IMG/VR virus record: IMGVR_UViG_3300011441_000015
Location: 1 to 47,308 of that record
Source of the DNA: a virus
Taxonomy: Duplodnaviria; Caudoviricetes
Length of the DNA: 47,308 nt
Reading direction: 5' to 3' (one strand)
This document shows, one piece after another, positions 10,110 through 19,536 of this stretch (the first letter of the stretch is position 1; each line of letters starts with the position of its first letter). Below the pieces are notes generated by a model. The model made no database searches. It saw only the letters and a program-made list of their open reading frames with translations, and was not told the DNA's origin. The position numbers and the translations under genes were made by a program.

Positions 10110-10896
10110 AGTTCAGAATCCTTTCGCTCCAATACGCCTGTGTGATCCGCTCCAGTGTGCCGTCCGGTCGTCCCTGCGCCAGTAACGCTGGCGTGACTTC
10201 CGACCAGTGATCCACCAGCACCACCGGCAGGCCGTGAACCACATCGCTCAGCGGGCGCCGCCGCTTGACAATCGGCACCGCGCCCATTGCCAGCGCCTCA
10301 TACGTCCGGTAGCAGTCCCAGCCCCGTCCCGCTGGACTCAGCACAAACTGGCTCCGTCCGAGCAGCGTGTAGTACTCGTGCATCGTCCGTGGCTTGATCG
10401 GGCCGTTCCACCCGTCCGTCGTGATCCACGGCTGCGTCTTGCACCACTGGTGCAGTTCCTTGCGCTCCGACGTCCGCTGCTGGAAGTTCGCCAGGCAGAG
10501 GATGTCTCGCTCTGACCAGGGCCTGGAGACGGCCGAGTGCAGCGTGGTTAAGTCCCTCCCATCGATACCAATAGGCATCGCCGTCAGCTTGGGGTGCAGC
10601 GTCTCCACCTGTACCCCAAACCAGTGCTGTATGTTCCCGTCGAACATCTCCAGCGCGTGTGTCCGCACATGGGCATCGTGAAAGGCGGTGACGAGCACAC
10701 AGGAAATAGGTACCTGTTTGAGTTGAGACCGCCACGGTGCTCGCCAGGTGTCTCTCGCATATAAGATCGCCCCTGGAGATAATGGGACCGACAGATTGGC
10801 CCGGTCCCCACGCTCGACATACCGGACAGTCGTGCCGTCCTTCGCCACTTCCAGATCCGCCAGTGCTCTGATGGCTTGCCAGTTCAGCCACTCCAT
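10081..10896 (-). CDS. Exostosin-like (GT47-type) glycosyltransferase
   Basis: YYTLLGRSQFVLSPAGRGWDCYRTYEALAMGAVPIV matches the exostosin C-terminal signature. Confidence 0.75.
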   Translation of the reverse strand: MEWLNWQAIRALADLEVAKDGTTVRYVERGDRANLSVPLSPGAILYARDTWRAPWRSQLKQVPISCVLVTAFHDAHVRTHALEMFDGNIQHWFGVQVETLHPKLTAMPIGIDGRDLTTLHSAVSRPWSERDILCLANFQQRTSERKELHQWCKTQPWITTDGWNGPIKPRTMHEYYTLLGRSQFVLSPAGRGWDCYRTYEALAMGAVPIVKRRRPLSDVVHGLPVVLVDHWSEVTPALLAQGRPDGTLERITQAYWSERILNYGTDIKSAE

Positions 10897-11751
10897 TCAC
10901 ACGGTCGCCTTCATCGTGCCGTCCGCCATGTACGTCCACGCTGGTCGCCCATCCGGCAGCAGCGGCGGTGTTCGGTTCAGCATCGCCTCGCACCGTGACT
11001 TGCTGAACTCCATGTCCGTCCGCCCCACCGCTTGCAGCTTCTCGACGGTCGGATGTTCCATCTCCGTCAGCGGCGTGTTCTGCGGTGGCGACTCCATGCC
11101 CGGCCGCTTGCCGCCCGTTTTCTCCCGCACATGTGTCTTGCCCGTGTGCGACTCGTACCCGTAGAGCCAGCCCGGTTCGCGCAACAGCGGGGCACCTTCT
11201 GGAATCACGAGCTGGACACCCTTGCCGTGCGCCACGCCCATCCAGTACTCGCACCCCGCGCGCTGCTTCTTGTGTTCCTCGTCCAGCGCGTAGTGAATCC
11301 CGAAGAACCCCAGGTGCGTCACGCCCTCCGACAACGCCATCGCGATCATCCACGCCGCGTGCGACGTGAAGTAGCGCGGGTGCTCGGCCATGATCCGTTC
11401 CTTGGGGTACCGGAGTGACGCCGGCACCAGTTGGAACTCACGCTGCATGTAGATCGGGACCTTGCACTTCGCCAGAAAGTCCATGTAGTCCGGTATGGAC
11501 TTCCCGGTAATCCATTCCCACGGGTGGAGATCGAAGTAGCGATCCACCCGCCGGCAGTAGTGATGCACCGTGGCATGCGCCCAAATCTCCCACGTCGGGT
11601 CATACCACGGTGCGTTGTACACGGTTTGCGCCGACCCAATCAGCGCAATCTTCCGAAGTCGGCCAACCCCCGCAGTGGGCTGCGAGATGATCGGGGGAGG
11701 TTCTTGTCTGGGCCTCCCCACGACCAACCGTCCATTGGTCGCGTTCACCAT
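10897..11751 (-). CDS. Putative sialyl/nonulosonate transferase (CstII GT42 / Maf-like fold)
   Basis: KIALIGSA and FTSHAAWMIAMALSEGVTHLGFFGIHY resemble CstII KVIIAGNG and TSGVYMCAVAIALGYKEIYLSGIDFY. Confidence 0.6.
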   Translation of the reverse strand: MVNATNGRLVVGRPRQEPPPIISQPTAGVGRLRKIALIGSAQTVYNAPWYDPTWEIWAHATVHHYCRRVDRYFDLHPWEWITGKSIPDYMDFLAKCKVPIYMQREFQLVPASLRYPKERIMAEHPRYFTSHAAWMIAMALSEGVTHLGFFGIHYALDEEHKKQRAGCEYWMGVAHGKGVQLVIPEGAPLLREPGWLYGYESHTGKTHVREKTGGKRPGMESPPQNTPLTEMEHPTVEKLQAVGRTDMEFSKSRCEAMLNRTPPLLPDGRPAWTYMADGTMKATV

Positions 11752-11755
11752 AGGG

Positions 11756-12280
11756 TTAGCTGGTCGCCTGGACCACGGCCCCCGTGATGAACGGATAGTT
11801 CAGATACACCGGCGCCAGCCCCGCGTCCGTGTGGGACGGGAAGGTCGACGCGCAGGTATCCGGAGCCGAGACGATCGAGACGCCGAAGACGCCGACGAGG
11901 CCCGTGGCCGCCGCCGACACCAGCGCACCAATCGCCGTGGTGTGGACCGCGAGCGGTCCCACCGACGAGCCCGACGAGATCGCGGCCAGAGCGTAGTAGC
12001 CCCGGACCATGACCCAGCCGTAGCGGTCGGACGCCGAGACGGTCGTCACGGCCACCCCGACGAACCCGAGCGACGTCGCCACCGTCTGGGTGGCGGCGAA
12101 CGTGGAGCCGTTGAACACGACCCACTCGCCGGGGAACACCGACTCGTTGAAGTCGACGTAGACGTACTCGTTGCCGTCGACGTCGGTCGCGCGCATGCCC
12201 AGCTTGTTCACGGCCGACGTGTCGACGACCGTCGTAGCGCCGTGATGCAGGATGGGTCCCTGTCCTGAGAGTTCAGCCAT
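11756..12280 (-). CDS. Capsid decoration/cement protein
   Basis: Directly after the MCP; DGNEYVYV, VGVAV and YGWVMVRG motifs. Confidence 0.7.
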   Translation of the reverse strand: MAELSGQGPILHHGATTVVDTSAVNKLGMRATDVDGNEYVYVDFNESVFPGEWVVFNGSTFAATQTVATSLGFVGVAVTTVSASDRYGWVMVRGYYALAAISSGSSVGPLAVHTTAIGALVSAAATGLVGVFGVSIVSAPDTCASTFPSHTDAGLAPVYLNYPFITGAVVQATS

Positions 12281-12298
12281 GTGTCTGTCCTCTCCTTT

Positions 12299-13267
12299 CT
12301 AGGTGATGGCCGAGACGACCGCGAGGCGCCTCGGATTGGTGGTGAACAGATTCGCCATCGTGCGGATCACGATGATGTCCGCCGTCTGATTCGCGGGGCG
12401 GATCGGCGCCTGCGCCTTCATCCACGCGCCGGACTTGTAGACCAGCTTGAGGAACTTCGGGTTCAGCATGTAGAGCGCGCCCGACAGACAGTCGTTGTCG
12501 AACGAAAGCTCCATGCCCTTGAACTTGAGCACTTCGTTCTTGAACGAGCCGTCGCCGTTGGACTTGTCGTTGAACCGCTCGTTCGCGAGCAGCAGCCCTT
12601 CAAAGCCTTCGAACACCGTCCGCGTGGTCACACCGAAGGACGGGTGATCGCCGGAGATGCCGTTGGACGCCTGGTTGTACGCCGACCGCATGGTGGCGCG
12701 GAGGTTGTCATACGCGCTCGTGGTCTGCGTGCCCGTGACCTGGATGTTCCGGGTCATGGAGTACGAACCACGATCGATGCCCTGGACGACGCCAGAGCTG
12801 GGCGAGACCGCGACGAGCGCCTGGAGGCCGGTGAAGACCTTCGAGCTGTTCGCCGTGCCCGCACCGAAGAGATCCGCGTTGAACGTGCCCTTGATCGAGT
12901 TCTTGAGGTTCTCGAGCTTGGCTGCGCGGAGATCGAACACCTGGCCTTCGCCGGCATTCCGATCGCTCTCGAGATCGGAAATGACGTAGGTCCCGGCGTA
13001 CTCTTTCCACTGCGCCTCGTAGCGGTCGAACACGTCGCCGCGCGTGGTCGAGATCGTGTCGAGGTCCGCGTAGGACGCGACGGTCGTGTTCAGGCCGTAC
13101 TCGATCGGGCAGACGATGTAGTCGCCGCCCGACTTGCCGACAAAGCCCTCGCCTTTCGAGAGCCGATTGAAGAGCCAGTAGTCATCGTGGATCTGATCCT
13201 CGGGCTTGGTCTTGACGACCAATTCCCAGTTGGATGCCACGCGCTGGCCCACGTTGGGGTTCGCCAT
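12299..13267 (-). CDS. Major capsid protein
   Basis: 322 aa after the scaffold; strong SD (AGGA); FTGLQALV...QGIDR and NPRRLAVV patterns. Confidence 0.85.
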   Translation of the reverse strand: MANPNVGQRVASNWELVVKTKPEDQIHDDYWLFNRLSKGEGFVGKSGGDYIVCPIEYGLNTTVASYADLDTISTTRGDVFDRYEAQWKEYAGTYVISDLESDRNAGEGQVFDLRAAKLENLKNSIKGTFNADLFGAGTANSSKVFTGLQALVAVSPSSGVVQGIDRGSYSMTRNIQVTGTQTTSAYDNLRATMRSAYNQASNGISGDHPSFGVTTRTVFEGFEGLLLANERFNDKSNGDGSFKNEVLKFKGMELSFDNDCLSGALYMLNPKFLKLVYKSGAWMKAQAPIRPANQTADIIVIRTMANLFTTNPRRLAVVSAIT

Positions 13268-13279
13268 GTGTGGTCCTCG

Positions 13280-14257
13280 CTACCAGGTCAACCCCGGATC
13301 GCTGAACGACCGGATGTTGCCCGTAGACGTGGGTGCAGCCGCCGCGGGATTGACCCCCGTCAGGCTGGCTGCCGCCTTGGTTTGTAGCTGTCCCATCAGT
13401 TTCGACTGCGCGGCAGTGTCGAGGGTGGGCAACACGACCTTGAGATACGCGCGATACGTCGCCGCATTGACTTCGGCGGGATGCGCGTTGGCGTCGAGCC
13501 GCAGGGCTTGCAATTCCGCCGCAATGGCGGGTGCGTGTGCCGTGAAGTTCGGCAACGCCTGCAACTCGTCGTGGAACGTTTTCGCGAACGTGTCCGCCTG
13601 CTTTTGGGCAGCGGCCGTCGCGCGTTCCTGCTCAATGGTCTCCAGCGTCTTCAGCTTTGGCGCGTAGGTCTGTTCGATCTTCGCGAGGAGCTGTTGCTCC
13701 AGAAACGCATCACGTTTGGCTAACGCCTCGGCGGAATACGTCTGACCCACCACGTTCCCGTGTTCGTCTCGAATAGAGACGTCGGGTGTGGGGGCTTCTG
13801 GTGCGGTTGGTTGTTGACGCTGGCGGAGGCCGCCGAACTGTTGTCCCAGAAAGGACCGCAGTTGCGGGCCGTACTCCGGATGGGGGCTGAGATCGTTGAT
13901 CAACTCCGTCAGCAACCCGAGCGGGTTCGCCTGATGTTTAGCGATGCGCTCGGCGGCTTCGCGGAGGACCTTGTTCTCGGCCCACCACGCATTCTGTTGC
14001 TTCCACTCTTCGGCGGCCTTCATCCGATCGTTGACGGTATCGAACCGCTGCCGATCGACATACGGGCTGCGCTCAGTCTCCTGTGGGGTGGGTGCCGCCG
14101 ACTCAGACCCTGGCTGTGCCGCCGCCAGTGGCGTGGTGGTCTCGGTCGCGGGTTCGGCTGATGGCGAATCAACCGGGGCAGACCAGTCCGCAGACGCGAA
14201 TGTCGCGACGTCGGCCGTACCCCCTGTGTTACCGCCTAAACCTGCTGTGTCTTCCAT
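13280..14257 (-). CDS. Capsid scaffolding protein
   Basis: Acidic/Pro-rich N-terminus; PYVDRQRFDTVNDRMK; coiled coils; precedes the MCP. Confidence 0.75.
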   Translation of the reverse strand: MEDTAGLGGNTGGTADVATFASADWSAPVDSPSAEPATETTTPLAAAQPGSESAAPTPQETERSPYVDRQRFDTVNDRMKAAEEWKQQNAWWAENKVLREAAERIAKHQANPLGLLTELINDLSPHPEYGPQLRSFLGQQFGGLRQRQQPTAPEAPTPDVSIRDEHGNVVGQTYSAEALAKRDAFLEQQLLAKIEQTYAPKLKTLETIEQERATAAAQKQADTFAKTFHDELQALPNFTAHAPAIAAELQALRLDANAHPAEVNAATYRAYLKVVLPTLDTAAQSKLMGQLQTKAAASLTGVNPAAAAPTSTGNIRSFSDPGLTW

Positions 14258-14410
14258 TCGTCCTCAAAAAAACGAGCACAACAAAAAAGCGCCCCGACAG
14301 CCCTGCGTTGTGCAGGTCCATCAAGGCGCTCTGATCCTTGTGTGCTCTCTGTCGTTGGTCACGTACCGAGCAGGTACGGTTCGGGTGCCCCCTAGACCAA
14401 CGTCAACGTC
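14258..14410 (-). promoter_or_regulatory. Structured leader / attenuator-like region before the scaffold gene
   Basis: Nested inverted repeats GAGCAC/GTGCTC and AGCGCC/GGCGCT, each followed by a T-run on the minus strand. Confidence 0.5.
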
Positions 14411-14521
14411 TTACGGTCTAACTGTTTTCTCCACCTTCTCGTGTATCCGTCCGCCACAGTACTGGCAGATCACCATGCCACTCGGGCGCCGATACGGCAT
14501 CGGACTCTCACAGTCACACAT
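14411..14521 (-). CDS. Small Cys-rich protein (36 aa)
   Basis: MCDCESPMPYRRPSGMVICQYCGG; below the ORF-track cutoff. Confidence 0.4.
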   Translation of the reverse strand: MCDCESPMPYRRPSGMVICQYCGGRIHEKVEKTVRP

Positions 14522-14702
14522 CAGCAGATCCCGAACCACTGGAGGATGCGGTATTGCCAGCGACGATCTGGCGTGCGCGCAACCAGGTGTCCTCGACCGT
14601 CTCGTGGTCGCGTTGCACCAGCAGCCCCGTCAGTCCCTTGATCGTGATTTTGAGCACCAGCTTGTCGTCGTGATTGACTGGTGACACCACTGGCTCGATC
14701 AC
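14514..14702 (-). CDS. Hypothetical protein
   Basis: GTGA coupling to the upstream ORF. Confidence 0.5.
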   Translation of the reverse strand: MIEPVVSPVNHDDKLVLKITIKGLTGLLVQRDHETVEDTWLRARQIVAGNTASSSGSGSADV

Positions 14703-14980
14703 GCCTTGGCTCCTGTGTCCCTGAGACGTTCATCATGCTCTCGGAACTTTCGCTGGTAGTAGGCCCGGTCATGCTTGTCCACGTTCACCAGATTCCGCGC
14801 CGCGACTTCCGCCCGCCACTGCGACTTGCTCTCGATCCAGACCGGCTCGTGACCCATCGTGTCGAAGAACCGCGGGCCCCCCTCGATCTGGTCGTCAATC
14901 ACGCCCACGTTCGGCGTGCCGTGGGGGCAGAACGGCCATTCGCCAATGGTGACGGTCTGGCCGCACGCCTCACACGTCAT
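14699..14980 (-). CDS. Zn-ribbon protein
   Basis: MTCEACG...WPFCPHG. Confidence 0.6.
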   Translation of the reverse strand: MTCEACGQTVTIGEWPFCPHGTPNVGVIDDQIEGGPRFFDTMGHEPVWIESKSQWRAEVAARNLVNVDKHDRAYYQRKFREHDERLRDTGAKA

Positions 14981-15516
14981 ACGCGCGTCCACCAGATCGA
15001 ATGCACGAGCTTCCGGTCGGGCACCCGTTCATCCACGGCCCGCGTCACGTCGGGCCAGCGGTCGTTCGCGTAATCGTGCCCCGCCAAAATCCCGCCAGGC
15101 CGCACCAGCGGCCGGAACGCCTCGATCTCCGGGGCCACCGAGTCGTAGGCGTGATCCCCGTCGAGGAACACGAAGTCAAACGGCGCCAGGTACCGCAGCA
15201 CATCCAGCGCGACCAGCGAGCGGGCCGGCAGCACCTGCACCCGCCCCGTGGCGATGTGATCCCACAGGTTCTCCGCAAACATCCGCAGCACGTCGCGCTT
15301 GACCGGCTTGTGGGGCGCGTCCTGTGTTCCCGTCCACGGGTCCACGCACCAGATCGTGCCAGACGTGGCCTCGGCCATCACCGTCGTACTCCGGCCACGC
15401 CAACAGCCCACTTCGACCGTCTTGTGCGCCGCCGCCGCCTGTTCCGCGAGCCAGGCCAACTCTTCGCGATCCATCCAGCCGTGGATCTTCTCGGCGCGGT
15501 CGAGCACGGCGTTCAC
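14977..15516 (-). CDS. Class I SAM-dependent methyltransferase (Methyltransf_24-like)
   Basis: VEVGCWRGRST; FDFVFLDGDHAY; VRPGGILAGHDY. Confidence 0.85.
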   Translation of the reverse strand: MNAVLDRAEKIHGWMDREELAWLAEQAAAAHKTVEVGCWRGRSTTVMAEATSGTIWCVDPWTGTQDAPHKPVKRDVLRMFAENLWDHIATGRVQVLPARSLVALDVLRYLAPFDFVFLDGDHAYDSVAPEIEAFRPLVRPGGILAGHDYANDRWPDVTRAVDERVPDRKLVHSIWWTRV

Positions 15517-17552
15517 TGAATCATGCCCCCCGCGGCCCCCAATGCGGCCGGTGCCCCGGTGTTCTGCATCCCGCCCGTCAGGTCGCTCGCGTGCTTGCTC
15601 AGGCTCTCCTGCTGCGCGACCTTCCCGCCGTGTTTCTCTGAGCCCTTCTGCGCTTCCTGTTCCGCGGCTTCGGCCTGCGCCATCTGCTCAGCCTGCAGGA
15701 ACATCTGCTGCGAGAGCGTGACCATCTCGGGCGAGATTTTGATCCCGAGCTGCGCCGCAATCTCCAGCACAATCGGCGCCTGCGCCGCGACCAGATCTTC
15801 GCCCTTGAAGCTGAACGACAGCTTGGGCGGCTCGGGCTTCGGCGGGTCCGGCTGCCGCACGATCGTGGCCGGGTCCAGGTGGAATTTCCTCAGCAACTTT
15901 TCGAGCAGGACTTGCCGGTTCACGAACGGATCATTCGCCAGGAACGAGTACAGCTCCTGTGCCTGCTTCCGGTCCACCGCCTGGTCCACGCGCAGCGCCG
16001 AATCCGGTAGCGCCGTGAACGCGAGCGTGCTCGGGGTCTGCGTCCGCCACAGGTCCCACACCTGCGCCCGCTCGGGGCCGACAATCGCCGCCGCTTTCTC
16101 GACCGGCAGATACCGCTGCAGCAGGGTTGAGAACTTCGTCACGGCCTTGATGTACTGCGACAGCAGCCGGCCGCGCTCCTTGTCCATGCGCGCGTTGGCA
16201 TTGGCCGCGACAATCTGCTGCTCCGTCGCCGTGCTCGAGCCGGTCGACTGCACGCCCGCCCCCGCGGCGTCAATCGCAGTCGTGCGGGCAATGTCGTTGT
16301 CGATGTAGTCATTCGACGTGAACGACTCCCGCGGCATCGACCCGTGCGGCAGTTCCTTGATCGCGCCCTCGCCCAGAAACGCCTCGCCAGGGACGCCAAT
16401 CATGCCCCCGATGGGCGAGCGGACCATCTTCTGCACCGCATCCGCCGGCAGCGTGTCGACGTTGTACTGCCACCGCAGCGTCTGCGCGTCCCGATACTCG
16501 ACCATCTGCTCGCGGAACCGATTTAGCTCGTTCACGAGCGGGCGAATCATGGTCGAATCACTCGGCACATACGCCGAATCCGTCATCGTCCGTAGCGTGA
16601 AGATGTGGATCGGGAACCCGAGCAGCGAATCCGGCGTCAACCCGCCGTTCGGCCCCAGCGTCTGGTACGGGCAGTCCTGTTCAATCACGGGCTCGTCAAT
16701 CCCGTCAACCAACACCAACTCCGTCAAGTGGTCCGGATGCGGGCGATCCTCACGGAACAGGTGCGACTTGTACCAAATCTTCGTGCCGGTAAACACCTGC
16801 TCGGTGGCCGTCGTCTGCCCCGTGCCGTGGTCAAAATGCAGCGGCGCGCCGGCCTTCGCCCCCTTGAAGTCCGCCGGCAGCTTGAACCGCGTGCGGTTCC
16901 CCGGTGTCAGGGGCAGTTCGAACTTGTGTCCCAGCCAGGGCGCCTTGTCGTACTGCGTCGAACGGTAGTTGTGCGGGATCAGGCCCTGCTTCGGCGACAG
17001 CGGCTCCCAGAAACAGGACTCGTGAATCGGCACGGGGATCTGTTCCTCGAGCCCTGTCGCCGGATTCATCTGCGGCACGGGCACCGTCACGGCCTCGTAG
17101 CCCATGACCGACCAGCCAAACCCCGCCGGAACCTCAATGTCAAAGAGCACCGAATCCATGAGCGCCAGCGCATCCACCCCGTCCGTCCCCAACTGCTCGT
17201 TGACAATCTCCTGGTGCGCCTGCAGCGCCGCCGACAACTTCACCGGCTGCCCCTGCGCATCCAGCAGCGGCACCGGCTGGCCCGTCATTGGGTCCGTCTG
17301 CCCACTCGGCAGCGGCTGCTCCATGAGCGGGGTCGGCTGCAACGTGACTTCCGGGCTCTGGTAGAACAGATCCGCCTTCTTGCGCTCCGCGTTCGTGAAG
17401 TCCCGGTTGGTGTTGACCGTGGAGCCGTACATGTCGGGGCTGTCGCCCGCCTGCGGGGCGTACGCCTTGAGATTGGCCTCCCACCAGCGCTCGTGCGACA
17501 CGCGCACGGCCGTGGCGAGGTCAATCTGCTCTTTCCAGTAGCCCGGTGTCAT
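15513..17552 (-). CDS. Portal protein
   Basis: ~680 aa after the terminase; STATEQQIV motif typical of P22-like portals. Confidence 0.8.
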   Translation of the reverse strand: MTPGYWKEQIDLATAVRVSHERWWEANLKAYAPQAGDSPDMYGSTVNTNRDFTNAERKKADLFYQSPEVTLQPTPLMEQPLPSGQTDPMTGQPVPLLDAQGQPVKLSAALQAHQEIVNEQLGTDGVDALALMDSVLFDIEVPAGFGWSVMGYEAVTVPVPQMNPATGLEEQIPVPIHESCFWEPLSPKQGLIPHNYRSTQYDKAPWLGHKFELPLTPGNRTRFKLPADFKGAKAGAPLHFDHGTGQTTATEQVFTGTKIWYKSHLFREDRPHPDHLTELVLVDGIDEPVIEQDCPYQTLGPNGGLTPDSLLGFPIHIFTLRTMTDSAYVPSDSTMIRPLVNELNRFREQMVEYRDAQTLRWQYNVDTLPADAVQKMVRSPIGGMIGVPGEAFLGEGAIKELPHGSMPRESFTSNDYIDNDIARTTAIDAAGAGVQSTGSSTATEQQIVAANANARMDKERGRLLSQYIKAVTKFSTLLQRYLPVEKAAAIVGPERAQVWDLWRTQTPSTLAFTALPDSALRVDQAVDRKQAQELYSFLANDPFVNRQVLLEKLLRKFHLDPATIVRQPDPPKPEPPKLSFSFKGEDLVAAQAPIVLEIAAQLGIKISPEMVTLSQQMFLQAEQMAQAEAAEQEAQKGSEKHGGKVAQQESLSKHASDLTGGMQNTGAPAALGAAGGMIQ

Positions 17553-17728
17553 GCCTGCGCCACGCGCGCCTGCACCGTCACGTCCCACGCGTGTCGGTCG
17601 ATGGCGATATAGTCATAGATGGTCCGCGTGTCGCGGCCTTCCATGTGGGTCCCGATCTCGCGCACGTACGCGATCCACGCGCGCCCATCCGCCTCGAACA
17701 CGTTCACTTTCCAGAGCTTCGGTGTCAT
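17549..17728 (-). CDS. Hypothetical protein
   Basis: MTPKLWKVNVF; ATGA overlaps on both sides. Confidence 0.5.
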   Translation of the reverse strand: MTPKLWKVNVFEADGRAWIAYVREIGTHMEGRDTRTIYDYIAIDRHAWDVTVQARVAQA

Positions 17729-18354
17729 CGTCGGCTCAGAATCCCCTGCTCTACCCGCGCCTGCTGCTTGATCCAGCCCAGACTCATCGGCCCCGGCGTG
17801 GGACCCTTGACCGATCGCGCGCCCCGGACCAACCGACTCATCGCCCCGTACCGCCACGCATCGACCCAGTGATCGTCCCCGCCCGTGTCAATGTCGTCCG
17901 GGTCCTTGTCGTCACTCACCTGCGCGGGCAGGGAGCGGAGCCCATAGGTACACGACACGTCCACGGTCAACCACGGGGTCCCATCGGGCGCCATCCGCAA
18001 CAGCTCGTGACACCGCTGCCAGCCGTTCTTGCGGTCGTTGTCGCCCTTCAACATCGGTAGCCCAAACCGCATCAAGGTCTCGGCTATCGATTCGCCCTTG
18101 CCATGTCCCGTTTTTGCCCACATGCTTGGGTCTGCCGCGACGTACAGAATCTTTTTCAGACCCCAGTCCTTGTTGCGCTGCTTCCACCCGCGCGCCACGT
18201 CCTCGACGCTCGTGTGCTGGAACTTGTACTCCCGCGCGATGTGCCAATGGCCGTCTCCCACTGCCGCCCACCACAAAATCACCCCCGGCGCGTTGAAGCC
18301 CCAGTCCATCGAGCAGAGCCAGGTCGTGTCCCGCGGGATCTCAAGCTGTCTCAC
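17725..18354 (-). CDS. terL: Terminase large subunit, nuclease domain (separate ORF)
   Basis: SMDWGF, ADPSMW and DDHWVDAWRY RNase H-like motifs. Confidence 0.85.
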   Translation of the reverse strand: MRQLEIPRDTTWLCSMDWGFNAPGVILWWAAVGDGHWHIAREYKFQHTSVEDVARGWKQRNKDWGLKKILYVAADPSMWAKTGHGKGESIAETLMRFGLPMLKGDNDRKNGWQRCHELLRMAPDGTPWLTVDVSCTYGLRSLPAQVSDDKDPDDIDTGGDDHWVDAWRYGAMSRLVRGARSVKGPTPGPMSLGWIKQQARVEQGILSRR

Positions 18355-19286
18355 GCTAAGACGGCTTCAGCGACGTGCTGAGACGGCGTCCACTCCCCGA
18401 AGAACTGCCCCGCAAACACGTTCCAGTCCCCGTGCCGCAACTGCTCGTACCGCGTCTTGTTCAGGACCGCCAACGACCGCTCATAATCCGGCGGCAGATA
18501 CGGGTTGTCATCCAAGCTCGCCGGCAGATACCCCCACTCGTCCGGGTCGTAGTCCTCACGCAGCGCCGGATACCGCTCGAGATCGGGACTCTTGTCAATG
18601 AAGAAGTCCCGCAGGAACCCCGCACTCGGCCCGCCCGGATTCGTCACCGGCAGAAACCGCGGCATCACCGTCGCCGGCACCTTCTTCCCGCCAGGCCCCC
18701 ACACCTCGTCGTACACCTTCCGCGCCCGTGTGCTCAATTCCGCCAGCGGCGTCGTCCCGTCCGCCGTCACCGGATACAAACTCGCCTCGTCGCAGACAAT
18801 GGCCCCGTACTCCATCCCGATATACCGCTGCAACGCTTCCGTCTCCGCCATGTGCCCGCAATGAATCAACGACTCGTCCGACCCCTTGCCAAACACCGCC
18901 ATCCGATCCGTCGCCAGCCACCGCCCACCCAACTCCGGCACCTCATGCGCCATCTTGATCGTGTGGTTCCCCTGCAACTGGTCCCAGTTCTCTCTCAAGA
19001 GCAATGACTCGTGCCCAGGTACCGTCAGGCTGCGTGTATACAAGTAGGCCCGAGCCCCACGCGATTTGCCCGGCCCCGCCTGCCCGCCCCACAACAGGTA
19101 CTTCTTGTGGCTCTCGTAAAACGGCACCTGACTGGGCAACGGCACATACACCGCCCGCTTCTTCTTGCCCGTCATCACCACCAGGCTGTGCGCAATCTGC
19201 AGGCTCCAACAACTCGGACATACCCAACACCGCAAGCCCTCAAACTCGCCAATCACCAACTTCGCCCGACACCAACTACACCCCAC
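18351..19286 (-). CDS. terL: Terminase large subunit, ATPase domain (start possibly CTG at 19361)
   Basis: Walker A GGQAGPGKS; Walker B IVCDEAS; TNPGGP; SLDDNPYL. Confidence 0.9.
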   Translation of the reverse strand: MGCSWCRAKLVIGEFEGLRCWVCPSCWSLQIAHSLVVMTGKKKRAVYVPLPSQVPFYESHKKYLLWGGQAGPGKSRGARAYLYTRSLTVPGHESLLLRENWDQLQGNHTIKMAHEVPELGGRWLATDRMAVFGKGSDESLIHCGHMAETEALQRYIGMEYGAIVCDEASLYPVTADGTTPLAELSTRARKVYDEVWGPGGKKVPATVMPRFLPVTNPGGPSAGFLRDFFIDKSPDLERYPALREDYDPDEWGYLPASLDDNPYLPPDYERSLAVLNKTRYEQLRHGDWNVFAGQFFGEWTPSQHVAEAVLA

Positions 19287-19519
19287 CTTGTGGTGCGCCG
19301 TCCCAGGCGGGTCGTCCTTCAGCCGCGCAAACCTTAGCCCCGTTCCATCCGCAGAAACCAGTTGAGCCTCCCCTAGCCCACGCTACCCACGGTAGGGTCC
19401 CCCGCGATTCCCGCGCCTGACTTGGCCTGCCCGGCCTGGTCTGGGCCTGTCTGCTGCTGCAGCTCGCCCTGTCGCTGGCCTTCGCTCTCTCTTCGTCCCA
19501 AGCTGCGTTACCCTTGTAC

Positions 19520-19532
19520 TATCAACAACTTA
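19520..19532 (+). promoter_or_regulatory. IHF consensus site
   Basis: TATCAACAACTTA matches WATCAANNNNTTR exactly. Confidence 0.55.
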
Positions 19533-19536
19533 GCTC

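Noticed and set aside
12281-13387. Long plus-strand ORFs opposite capsid, portal and ejection genes (also 16605-17612, 42656-43993, 44663-45904)
   Set aside because: High-GC shadow ORFs opposite well-supported genes
14370-14395. GGTTCGGGTGCC resembling a tRNA T-loop
   Set aside because: No cloverleaf or acceptor stem; no tRNA recognised in the window
18351-18354. TGA readthrough or recoding joining the terL halves
   Set aside because: The nuclease motifs are in the -1 frame, and TGA serves as a normal stop throughout the genome
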